Assembly (NCBI GenBank): GCA_002633005.1
Contig: NMRA01000689.1
Location: forward strand, 1 to 64,000
Reading direction: 5' to 3'
From: Phoronis australis
Lineage: Eukaryota > Animalia > Phoronida
Length of the DNA stretch: 64,000 nucleotides
The notes under the pieces were generated by a model. It did no database searches and had not been told where the DNA came from. It saw only the letters and a program-made list of their open reading frames with translations. Positions 52,260 through 64,000 of this stretch are shown here, in pieces. The translations under genes and the position numbers were made by a program. The stretch's first letter is position 1, and the number at the start of each line of letters is the position of its first letter.

Positions 52260-52830
52260 ACGATGTATTTCAGTAAAGCCTTTGATAAGGTAAACCATTC
52301 CTTACTGATTCATAAATTAAACTGATATGGTATATCAGGTGCTACAACAACTGGATTACAAGCTTCCTAACTGGTCGACAACAAACTGTAGTTGACGGAG
52401 GCGAGATGTTGTCAAGTATACTTGTGGAGTCTAGGGTACCCCAAGGCTCAGTATTAGGCTCCTGCTTGTTCCTATTGTACATAAATGATATTCCCCTTGG
52501 TCTGTCTGGGAAAACCAGACTATTTGCAGACGATACAATATGTTACAACATTGCCACTGAACTCAGCCGCTGACAGAGAAGCTCTGCAGAAAGATCTAGA
52601 TAGTCTTGGTAGAGTGAGATGACAAGTGGCTTATGACATTCTACCCAGACAAGTGTATATAGATAGTGCTCTCACTTCAACCAGAAAACACCAATACCAG
52701 CCCCACTTCACAATCACATGCTAGAGTCAAGGAGACTAAATATTTGTGCGTTACCATCTCACATTTCCTCAAATGGACGTCCCACAAAAGCAACATCCAG
52801 AAGAAAGCAGCTAGAGAAGGTGGTCATTGT
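52260..52830 (+). mobile_element. Decayed CR1/Jockey-group LINE reverse transcriptase fragment
   Basis: FSKAFDKVNHSLLIHKL, WITSFLTGRQQTV, VPQGSVLG..LFLLYINDI, RLFADDT, LQKDLD, KWLMTF.PDKC, with stops and frameshifts. Confidence 0.9.
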
Positions 52831-54287
52831 CTACCTACCATAAGGCTAAACTATAGACAACAGTGCAGAACAAGACAACCAAAGTTATTCCCAGGGTCGT
52901 CGACGTACAAACGTACAACCATGTTTAAATCAAAAGTTGAATATTAACATCAAACTACCATTCTTACCAGCTGAGAGTATCGATGCAGAAATACATACTA
53001 GAAACTGATACCGAATGAGCAGTTTCGGATTTTCAACGAAGTTTGGACTTGTATGTATTTAGGGTTTTCCCATCACAAATGTTTGATCACAAGTCCGCAG
53101 CCATTTCATTGGAGTCTTTGACATCACGTGCTCAAAATTTGGACATTTGATTCGGCATGTGGCGACCTCTTTATGTAGAATTATTTCCGTTCGAGCTTGG
53201 AAATTTATCTGAATCACCACGCCTTACTTTTTCGGGTTTTTTTCTCGTAATTGTACATACCTTTAGGAATGTTGATGACCTGAAAAATACCAACAATAGC
53301 TGCGCATTTCCTGTTTTTTTGAAATTATGCATCTTTTAATATTGATGACATTGAAATGGCCACCCGGTTCGTGTTTTTATTGATAAATTCTTACTAAGGA
53401 GCCGCTCACGGAGAGAGGGCCCAATGTTTTCCTGTTATGTGAAATCGTACAACCGACTTTTATGTTGAACAAAGTCCCTTCTTGCCGCAGGGTCACACGA
53501 CCAACGATGGAATGTAGGACTAACTGTCACTCTTTGGTGTAGGTTCCCATTTCACTGAGACCAGGAAATAATCCTCAGTGCTGAGACGGACTCTCTCTAG
53601 GTGGGTTGGTTTGGGGGGAATTGTTCCTTTGTCCCTCTATCCATGTAAATCCCACACAGCCAAGTATTCACCGGCAAGGGGAAGTTGAGATTCCAAATTC
53701 ATAAAAAACACAAAACATTCGACCACACCACTGCAATATCAAAATATTCGACCCAAACAACCAAAAAATATAAAATATACAATAGGATTGACCGTCATCG
53801 AAAGCGGGGTAGAATTTTGAAGAAAGTGAAGATCACTGTTTCTTGCTAGTATACAAATGGACTATTTCCAAACGTTGGTTATAAAATAATGTTATTTTCT
53901 TCATAGTATCCCAAGAATAGTGTTTCTTTTGACGATAGTAGGAGTTGTGTTGTTTGTAAGGAATTCGCACAAGTCGAAAAGGCTGTCGGCCGGGGCTATG
54001 GCGATTTGTGATGACCTTGTACAGACGAACGGAGGTACTCAAGTACTCGCAATCATAAACAAAGATTTCAGCGTTTTTGGGGTTCAAGTTTAACTCGTGA
54101 CCCCGGCGTTATAAGTACCTCAGAAATGAGCAAAAATACACATTAACAGTAATAAATTTGGAAAATTCTTGGGGGAACCGCCAGACCCGTAGGATGCCCC
54201 ATCTCCAACGTTCCCATGGTTAGGCTACCTGCTAAAAATCTGCGAGCATGCAGCTGAACTTATAACGTTCCGTTTTGATAAACAAAG

Positions 54288-54870
54288 TCGTTGGTTTCTG
54301 ATTTACAAATTCATAGATGATTTTTTGACAGTTAGAAGCTAGTAATCTTGGTAGAATTAGCGACGTTTCAGTGAATTTAGTTGCAGCCTGAATTAGTAAA
54401 GTACACTTAGAGGATTTTTGCCTATCTAAAATAACTCACAGACATTGATGGAATTTGGACAGTTCAGTCCCAAAAATATGCTCACAGTTCAAATGACAAT
54501 AAATGCATTGCTTTTGACCTATGTACACGATTTGTGGTTTAAATTCACAAACAGGAGATCAAAAAGAAACTAAGTCATTAAATCCAGGTAAAGGCATTGC
54601 TCATGGAATCGATTGTTGGTTTCTGATTTACTTGTCATCTATATACGAAAATTGACTGATTGATAGATGGTTTTTGACAATTAGAAGCTAATCTTGTAAG
54701 AAATGACAATGCTTCAGTGAACTTAGTTGCAGATCCCCAAATAGCAATGTACACTAAGCGATTTTTGCCTATCTGAAATAAGTCTGAAATGTCGGACAGC
54801 TCTACAAAGTGTCACAAAATGCTCTCACAATTCAAATGACCATAAATGAATCGTTTATTGACTTTGGAAC
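54288..54870. repeat. Old tandem duplication, two diverged ~250-bp copies with ~325-bp period
   Basis: gttggtttctgatttac...ttagaagcta...cagtgaa.ttagttgcag...gatttttgcctatct...ttcaaatgac.ataaatg occurs twice. Confidence 0.8.
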
Positions 54871-54899
54871 TAATTTAGATTAGTGATTTGAATTAACAA

Positions 54900-55203
54900 A
54901 CCGTAAATAAATCAAATTAAAATCATTGCTCATTAACTTGGAAAGGTCGTCTTTGCACTTCCTTGATGTTTTCAGTTTCCAGTAGTATTGCGTAATAAAT
55001 TTTTGTTCTTCAAAGCTGAATCCTTTGTTTGCCATTCCCGTGCATACTATGAAAACGGAGCACGTGATGACTGGCGCACTCACGTTTGATGAAACCATAT
55101 GCATACTAAGTAGGCCACGGCGCAGAATCTCAGTGATCCCCGGGAATTACTGCATCTGAACTCCTGGCGTTGAAGTGTGTACAATTTTGGAACACACTCT
55201 GTA
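54900..55203 (-). mobile_element. Tc1/mariner 5' end fragment
   Basis: TA|CAGAGTGTGTTCCAAAA terminus on the minus strand, followed by MANKGFSFEEQKFITQYYWK, which resembles a mariner-type N-terminal HTH. Confidence 0.6.
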
Positions 55204-55509
55204 TCAGCCACCAACTGGACTACCAGCCGTGTTTCAACATGAGATTCTGAGGCACCATATCAGAGACCTCAGAACGTCACCCTTTCAAAAAATCCCTTCA
55301 AAATGACCATTATGATTGTAAAATGAACTTTTCCCGAAACGGGATCATAACAAACACTTCAACAAAAGTTTGGAAATTTGTGTTCACTCGTCCGTGCTTT
55401 CATTACTTTTGGATTATTTATTTAAATTATGTTGCATACCAACAGTGCTCTCAGTCATTCCCCTTTCCAACAATATCACATTTTGTCAATAAATATTTGA
55501 TATGCTCAG

Positions 55510-55733
55510 CATGCGCGCACCCAGGGGGTCTCGGCGATGCAAGCAAAAAGGTCAGAGAAACAAAATCTCCGAAAAAGGTAGAAAACGAGACAAAAGTCCA
55601 CTAAAAAGGCAGGAACTACTTAAATTCGGCGAATTCACAATTCATAGCCGTGAACGTACTCCCGTTTTTTTAGTAAAAGGTCCATATTCTCAAAAATTCG
55701 AGCCCCCCATTTTTTAGGCTGAGTGCGCGCATG
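55510..55733 (+). mobile_element. MITE family A, copy 3 (perfect 11-bp TIR)
   Basis: CATGCGCGCAC ... GTGCGCGCATG. Confidence 0.85.
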
Positions 55734-57049
55734 CTCATTAGCTTTGCTGCCTAAGAGGGTTTGATCTCAAAATTAATGTAGCAAATTTCCCTGTTTTTGT
55801 TAGGGCTGAGAGTAGCAGAAATACTCGTATGATGTGCCTTACTTATAGGGGTTAGAAGGGGGCCAGTCCTCCCGACCCGTACATGAGAGGATCCCTCGAG
55901 AAAAGCGAAGAAATTCAAGAAGAATGGCGGGAATTTTATACAGAAAGGGGAATAACTTTTCATTTTAGAAAACAAGAATGGAATGGCAAACTCCAGCTTG
56001 CTTAAGTGCTGTAGTATTCGTGTCGTGTTCGCAGTGAATGGGAACGTGTTGACGATCGTAGTCTCGAACAGTCAAACAATTCTAAATAAAAAAACATTTC
56101 ATAATGCCCCTGCAAATGTTTCCACCAAAACTGCACTTTTATAAAAATGTGACTCTGTAACTCCTATTACATCATATGTTTGAGAACACAAAAATTTCCC
56201 GCTCACGCCAAATATCCCCAGTTACTTGTAACAATAACTCTGAGGAACTGCAAACTCAATTAGAATGATATCGTAAGTCACTTTTTTTCTTTGTTTATTT
56301 TGGCTCCTAGTTGTTCACGCAGCTGTTGTGTTTTGCCTTCCACTGCTGATGTCTTCAGTGCCTCAAAGGATGGGTTTTGTCCTTCAGAACCCTTCTACTT
56401 TCAACCAAAGAGATTTTCTGTAACCATTTTAACAGTGTTCAGAGCGATAATCAAAACTTTACAACCTTTGGAATACCAAACGTTAGCGGATCTGCGCGCG
56501 CGTGTGTATTGTAAATAAAGCATTCATCAACTGCCAAAGTGCTTGTTATCCATTTTCGTAAGAATGTGCTAAATTGTGATTTTGTAGAGCCGATACGTTT
56601 TCTGTTTAAAATTTCACTTGTACGGTTGCTCAACACTGCTAAAATAATATTCTCGTATTATGTCCACAACTCTTCGCTTCACTCTCCCAGCCGTGAATAA
56701 CGAATGGCAATAAAAAATCACAAAATGACAGTGGTTTAGTGGTTTTAACCACGACTATACATAATATATAATTGCAACCATGCGGTTGTGAGATTCAGAT
56801 CGCATCTTGATGGGCTTCTGTTTCCAGAAAGCTCAGCACAGTTGGTCAAGAAGACTGTCTAGAAATAACACAGGGGTTTTACTATAAAAAATATATACAA
56901 AAACTCTAAATGACTGAAAAGGAGGAAGACGAAGAACAAAGAGAAATTTCAATCCTTTGAGAAAAGAATTTAAGTTTTTTCGAGCTTAAACGATAATAAT
57001 AATTCAGAATTAGTCACAGATGAATTATTGGACAAAGTAAACACACATT

Positions 57050-57765
57050 TGTAAGAGTATAGACAAATTTTAATGCAAGGATGTGTAATAAGATTACGGT
57101 CTGACTGGATCGATTGTGGTGAAAAGCCGTCAAATTATTTTGTATACTTGGAAAAAAGGGAATTGTATAAACAAAAACATAACGAAGTTGATTTCTCCGC
57201 CGAAAATGTCGTGAGTAGACAATTTGAACTTTTAAATGAAACTAAAACTTTTACAAAAGTTTTGATACTTGTAGGGATGATTATTTAGATGATCTCCCAT
57301 TTCCTCGTCCCCATTTGAATATTCCGAAGTTATCTAAAGTATAAAGACTATTAAGGGTCTTATCACCGTAACCGTGAGCCCAGATTTACATTCAAAAGTA
57401 TGATAAACAATAAGACGCCAGGTCCAGATGGGTTCTCTGTCGAGCTCATCAAATTCTTTGGTTCTTTAGACGGAACTGTAGTTTTCCTAGCAAGAATTTT
57501 ACGCGCGGTGATTTACCGCCAAGCCAACATAGGGAAGAATACCACAGAATATTTAATCAATTGGCGTCCTATCTTGTTGCTTAATACAAGCTATGTGGTA
57601 CTGTGGGGTTGTATAACACAACACATCAAGCACATTTTTATTAATATTTTGATCCACAAAAATCAAATCGTTTTATGAAATGTCGATTTGTTGATGAAAA
57701 CACAAAAATGTTATACGACCTGATGCAATGCACAAACGGAAATAACATTCCAGGAAAGCTATATA
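57050..57765 (+). mobile_element. Decayed Tx1/L1-clade LINE ORF2 fragment
   Basis: R..W...GEKPSNYF..LEK, NNKTPGPDGFSVE..KFF, NWRPILLLNTSY, IHKNQ. Confidence 0.85.
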
Positions 57766-59948
57766 TAACAAAACAAATAATCGAAGAGCAAAAACAAAAA
57801 ACACCCGTTTTGTCAATTTGACTATTGCAGGTTGTTGTCAAGTTATTGTCTCCTTGTAACTGATAATCTCCCCTAGTGAAACATACACAGTTTGCGCTGC
57901 GCTGTCACGGGGTACATATCAACGCTTTGCGTTGCTCCTGTTCGCAGTTTCCTATAGCGGTCTCAGCGTACTGCGAACTTGTCTTCGATTTTGGCAACAT
58001 CGATCATAAATGTGAAATTTGTTCTCTAGCTAAAATTTGAACATAAAAACTACCCGATGGACGACATTTCCGATAATCGCAGTGTTGTCGTTCAGTTTGT
58101 TTGCTTCGGTTGCGTAGCATTAGCAGCACCAGATCGGGAGAACGACATCACCAGTGTGTACGGCCGTGTCACCCAACGTTTACTTTCTGTGATCATCAAT
58201 AAGTTCATTGTTTGCTTTTTTGCCAACCCAATGATATGCACCTCAGCCATGGCAGAAATCACAACAATAACCATTCTGAATAATCATATTGAGTGACTCA
58301 TTTGCCTAAGTTTTCAGAGTATTGGTATTGTTGAGTGTGATTTCTTAGCATAATTACACTTGGGTAACAGAGAGACTCAGTGGAGGTGATCAGTATTTAG
58401 TGATGACGGGTATTACGTTTTCAATGCCCACTTTTGGCTATGATGTTGGCTACATTGAGCTTTTTGGTGATTCTCAGACCGGCCTAAGCGTTTATCTGTC
58501 TTGTTTCCTTGCATAACTTTCAGAATTTTAACGCTGAAAGGTTTAAAGTCATTTGTAAAGAAGCCAACTCTCACTATTTCAATTGACAAAATTTGTCGAG
58601 TGACTCGGCGTTTGCCTCAGCTCGTTTTGTAATATTAATTATAATATTTTTCCTAGAAAGTGGAGAGAATCGTGCAGAAATCAGACACAAAGAATTTCCA
58701 TAGTTCACTTTTCAACAGATAATTTGTGAACATTGTATTGAAATGTTGTAATTATTTGTGACGTGCGCTTGGGAACCAACCCTAAGTCAATATCATTTGT
58801 GCATTGCAAAGCAGGAGTAAGAGCGTATAGTTGTGCAGTGTCGTCTTAACATTTTGAAAGAGTTTTTTAGTCAGTCGTTCCATAGGCTGCCAGTCTCTAT
58901 TCCTAATTGGTGGCGACAGTGCTATGTCGTTCATTTGCAACTTCACCACCCCACCGAGTCTGTTTTGGCTTGCTATGTTCCAACAGAGCAGCGTTGAAAT
59001 AGTCTAAACGAATATGGGATCAACCACCTCCCTTCATGGCCGAAAATATTAATTACCACACGGCTTCTCAGTGAAAACAAACTGAAAGTAAAACACTTCA
59101 CTATTAAGAGTAGTTGCCACCACATTGCAGCCGCTGCGTTTTCCTCTTCAGCGAACTCCTCGCAGAAATAGTACTTTATCTGATTTTCCAATGTTAGTGG
59201 CTCATAAAGCAGTACCAATTGGTTTTAGTCTAAAGGTGAATTTGCCCCCAGAACGATATGCCGGGGTCGTAGTGTTATCTTCGCTGCCGAGGAGCGAACA
59301 CTAAGGCACCTAGCGATCCATACGGCAAGCAATGAAATTGCACGCACTTTTAATTATCTCCCATGTATTTTGAGAAGAACATTTATTTTAGTTTTGTATT
59401 AGATTATTCCGTTGATATGGTCACGTAAACAGGCGGTTGTTGGCCAAACGAAGTAATTGAATATTTTACTTTTAAAAGGATCATTGAATCAGACTTCAAA
59501 ACTGAGCTAGTAAATGGAATTTTAATACCTGGTTTCGTATGTTTACCTGTGGCCTCGTTTTCGGATAAAGCATCTGTCAAGTGATTTTATAAGCGACATG
59601 TAATTTCTCGTAAATTATTTTATTACCTGTGAAATGATTTCTAACATTACTATGAAGATTACCCCTTCGTGAAAGACGGTGAGTTAATGTTGTGATTGGG
59701 AATTGACTTTCTAAAGTTTCGATTAATGACATTTCGAGTTGTTTATTGGTTTATCGTGACAGTGAGTTAGATGACCGATCTATCATCTGGACAAGTCGTC
59801 ACAGTTCACAGTCACGAGTACACGTTCAGGTGAACGGCCTTTACAGGCGAGTGAGCTTCGTTTATTTTGCTGGTTTACACCTCCAGGTAATGAAACGATA
59901 TCAAGTGACTGTATCGATCGAGAATAATCAACTGAAAAAAGAATCACC

Positions 59949-60020
59949 TAACATGGAGTTTAGGTCCTAAACTCCATGTTAACTTGGCGCTGGAGAGTAT
60001 TATGACATAGTCATAATACT
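59949..60020. repeat. Two adjacent perfect palindromes (16-bp arms with 1-nt spacer; 11-bp arms with 3-nt spacer)
   Basis: TAACATGGAGTTTAGG t CCTAAACTCCATGTTA (59949-59981); AGTATTATGAC ata GTCATAATACT (59996-60020). Confidence 0.9.
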
Positions 60021-63007
60021 GTTATGTGAAAATGTAACTTGCCAGCTAGCTTAGAATGACTAAACGACATACTGTAACACAGCTATCTATGTGGATATAA
60101 AAATGTCGGAATTAGCGAAGCTCTCTTTTTCAGTCCTCTTAAACTCAATTTTTAGTTATCTCACCGCAAATGTAAAAAAGCAAAGCGCCCGATGGCCTGA
60201 ACTTTTTGTAACTAGTGGCATTCAAATGACACCTGCCTTGCCTTGTCCACTTTATCGGTTTTAAGAAACACAATCTAACAATCGTCATTTACATGCACCG
60301 CTGTCCTGCATTTGCACCAATTAAGACTACATCTAAACAGAATGCATGCGACATGTATGTATACACGCCATTTGCTTGTTTCCAGCGACATCTATCAGGA
60401 GGTGGTGACTTGTGCTGTAACACTTTGATGGCTGGTCAATGGACATCGTTACTAAAGAAAAATAACTTATCAAAATCTATTCCAACTCATGAAGTGAATT
60501 TGAATCTGTGATTTTGCTTATGTATGTGATTTAGGCGAAGTGCTCTCGGCCGCATTTTTGGTATTGCTAAAAGTTATGCAAAAGGCAAAAAGTCTCCACT
60601 GGCGTAAGCAAATCTTGATCTCATTGCATATAGCTTAATGTCATTTGCTGTTTGCTCGTGAAACAGAGCATCCATATTTTGACTCTAGTCTCATTCTCAA
60701 AATGTCATTATAGTCCCCTGTCATACCTTCCTATCACATCAAGCAGCCTTGTCCAGTCAATGAAACTTCAGTAGTATATCACTCAACACCGATTCAGCAT
60801 CGAGCTTCGAATTGGAAAGGTATTTTTTGATTTTTCAATTCTGAAAAAATCTGAAGTAAAACTTTCTCAGAAACACAGTTTACTGGTAATATTAATTGCT
60901 CAGAAACAAGGAAGTGAAAATGATTCAAATGGACCATGAACTTTTGAGCAGAGATGAGTTTGTTGAAGAATCGGTAAAAAGAAATTGGCTAATAGGCGAC
61001 GCTCTATTTTATCATATGCAAACTCATTGCACGTGAATTAGATAAATTTAGCAGCAGAATTATGGAATATGATGGCAGTTTTAAGCTTCAGTTTTAACAA
61101 AATTAATTTACTGAAAGAAAAGCGCAGTTTTTAATGACACTGATGCGTTGTATTTAATCTTGCGCACTTTTGTCAAGACTGATCAAAAGCTGACTGTTTA
61201 TACAGCTTTGTACAAAGGACAGTCAATTTGGTGTTAGCATGCAGATCTCATAATTGACTCGTGTGCAACAGGTGGGAGAAACAAACTTTTACTACAGGCT
61301 GCTTCAGCACTTGAACTCCAACCACAGTCAGGCAGTAAGTTACATAATTAAGTAAATGTAACCAAAACTTCATTTTATACCAGTATATATTAGGAAAAAC
61401 ACTACAAACGTAAATCTTACCACAGTCAGTTTTCAATGTAACTAATTAATCAACCCAGTTTTTGTGAATTTATCTTTATATTACTGTGCGCAAATCATAG
61501 CATGGCAGTAGGTCGCAGAATGATGCATCAATAACCTCTGACCCCAGGACTACATTAGCTGTTCAAAATTAAAACTTCTAATTGGTAATTAGCCGTGATG
61601 CATATCTCTTAGTTTATTGATGGCTAGGTATTAGTCACTGTTAGTTAAGTAGAACTAAATTAGACTCACTGGTGCCAAAATATTAAGTCAATCACCCAGG
61701 CTTCTGGGCAGTGTCTTCTGGTAAAGATTTAGCAGACATCCCTATTTTTGTGGTAAAGGCACGGTGTAGTTCAAAACTGGTTAGATACCCTTGCGACATT
61801 CTAGTTCTGCCAGTGGTGGCAACAACGTAGTACTACGTGTGGAAGACGGATTTAAAAATGGCATCTTTATATCGATTTTGATCTGTTGAGGTCTTGAACA
61901 TGAGTTTCTTGAACTGAGTGATTACATTAGATTTAAAAGCAATCAGAGATTATGGTTCTCCTCAAGGTGATAGACTCCAAGACATAGAAAGAAATTTTTT
62001 TAAGCTTTATAAATATCCAGTGTTCTCCCGAGTCTGCGTTGTTACCTCAATGAAAAACAAATATTTAGTTTATTGATGCGTCACCTAGTTTCATGTCTCG
62101 GTTGTCTTCCTGTATTTTCCATTGATAGAAGCTACCAGTTTCTCCTATTTAATATTGTGCACTCTAATGTAACCGTAAAATTTTGGAAGGCGTGTCCACT
62201 GAATTCCAGTGTTTGGAAGTGTGAGACGAACTACTACACTACTAATTTTTATGAGAAAAATGTTAAAATTACATTTCATTTGTCTGCCAAATTATGTCCT
62301 AAGTTAGTGCGATTTCACCATACGTGTGTGAATGTGAAACATTAGTTTAAATTTGTGCTTTCCAAGGGATTTAGTCAGAGGCTTCCGATTTATTTTTCTA
62401 GGACAGATTTTGCCATCTTGGAATAACGTTATCCAGGGATGAAATCAATCCCTACAAGCCAGTATTCATGACACACTTTCAAGCTAATTACAAAATTAAT
62501 ATTAGTTACATTTTCTGCCTCATTTTAATACGGCTTTATTACAGCCAAATCATGTAAATATGTCCGCCCAAAGACTAAATATCAAGTGAAGCTGGCTAAA
62601 AGATTTTTTCCTTACTGGTATATGCTGTCTAAAGGCAATGGCATGAAATACCCTGATTTGCGAAATATATGCATGCAAGTTTTATAACTTAACAACCTTA
62701 ACAACCTTTCAAGCAGTCGCTCGTGGATTTTCACTTATTTCGAAAAAGTACCTTGGCCTAACACTGATGAGCAGTACCTTTTTTGTACTCATAGGTTACA
62801 ACTTGAGACCTTAAAGAGTATGCAAATTTATGTTATTTTAATCGCGCATGTTATGGTAGAATTAGTAGTCAGGTAGGCGAGTAGGTACATCAATTATGAC
62901 GCTTCTTTCAAGTCTGGCTGTGATGATGATCGCTGGGAATTTGAAACAGCTGTGCTTGAATAGCTCACATGCTCAGAGTGTTAAACGCTGATCATTTCTC
63001 TTAATAG

Positions 63008-63435
63008 ATTACCAAATGATCCACAGCACAGATGGCAGTGGTGTGTAGAAGAGTTCAGCAAAGATAACAAATTATTCCTCATAAAAACAAATTACAATAA
63101 AACGAAACTCGCATTTTTGCTATGATAATGTGTGTGGTCAAACGAAATATTAGCTAAACTCCATTGACCACGCTTGAAAGGCTTCATCTGCCATTGAATT
63201 GGGGTCTTATGAGGTGAGTGGGTGAGTAACTGAGCTGTGAACCATGAAAAAAATTAGAACACCTGGCGTTTATGTATTTGTCATTTTGTTTATCAGTTTT
63301 GACATGTGACATACCATTGTTTGTTTTTGATTTAATCATGTTTGTTCATTTTCTGGACCTTTTACTTGATCTTACTAGATTCATGGTCTAAGGACCTGTA
63401 GAGCTTTTTTGCCGGCAGCTGAGGATCCATGGAGA
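63008..63435 (+). other. Candidate exons (63008..63213 and 63379..63435) of an unidentified plus-strand gene divergent from NF-kB
   Basis: tttctcttaatag ... GAG|GTGAGT and ttgatcttactag ... GA|GTAAGT; splice signals only. Confidence 0.35.
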
Positions 63436-64000
63436 GTAAGTTAATTTCACTGAAAAAGATTTCAATTTTAATATTGACATGTGTCACTTAAGGAATAATT
63501 TCGGTAGTTTATGAAACAGGTTTCTGTCCTTGAATGCAAAGTACTGGGGCATGGCCAGAAGTGTTTTTTTTTTCTTGTGACAGAAACAGTCAACACAACT
63601 AGATAATAGAAATATTTTATAAGTCAATTGTAAGCTAGTCGCCGAAGCTTTCGAACTTGAAAATTTCACGCTGCGTTCAATTTGGAAAATAGCATCTCGT
63701 AAAATGTGACCTCAGTTTACTGGCCTCGCCAAAAACAGTTTCAAATTATGGTTGCTCAATTTGCCAAAACGCAACTTCAAATTTCAAAATTATTTGTAAA
63801 TTTCTAATGTTTAACACAATTTTGATAATTTTAAACTTTCCATTATTTTTGGCACCAGACTGTTACAGTTCTGTTTATGAAATAAGGCCACAACTGTGTG
63901 TGATCAAATAGCGACATGCATGTAATCCAGTCAGTAGTACTTGAGTATTAGGAAAGTCTTTTGCTGTTGCTGGCCAATCAGAACTTGAGTTATTATTGCT

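Overview
Eukaryotic (metazoan, most likely a heterozygous invertebrate) AT-rich draft-assembly window with N gaps. The main feature is an intron-rich minus-strand gene for a p105/p100/Relish-class NF-kappaB precursor. I reconstructed it by hand as 17 coding exons from about 51643 to the stop at 29653, all with GT-AG introns and consistent phases, giving about 1070 aa. Domain order: Rel homology DNA-binding domain, IPT/dimerisation domain, NLS, long Q/S-rich linker, six ankyrin repeats, death domain, C-terminal ESGIGS degron-like motif. Notable points: (1) the two IPT exons occur twice in a 1.5-kb tandem duplication joined at a single N, probably two haplotypes but in-frame if real; (2) the redox Cys of the DNA-recognition loop is Ser; (3) no glycine-rich region is visible; (4) the stop codon lies inside a 3x32-bp hairpin repeat. 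The rest is intronic or intergenic DNA with decayed LINEs (CR1-like, Tx1/L1-like), a Kolobok-like THAP transposon relic, many MITEs, a SINE and simple repeats. Weak exon candidates for neighbouring genes lie near both ends. No CRISPR array, rRNA or intact tRNA was seen, and I cannot support a claim of a wholly new biological system.
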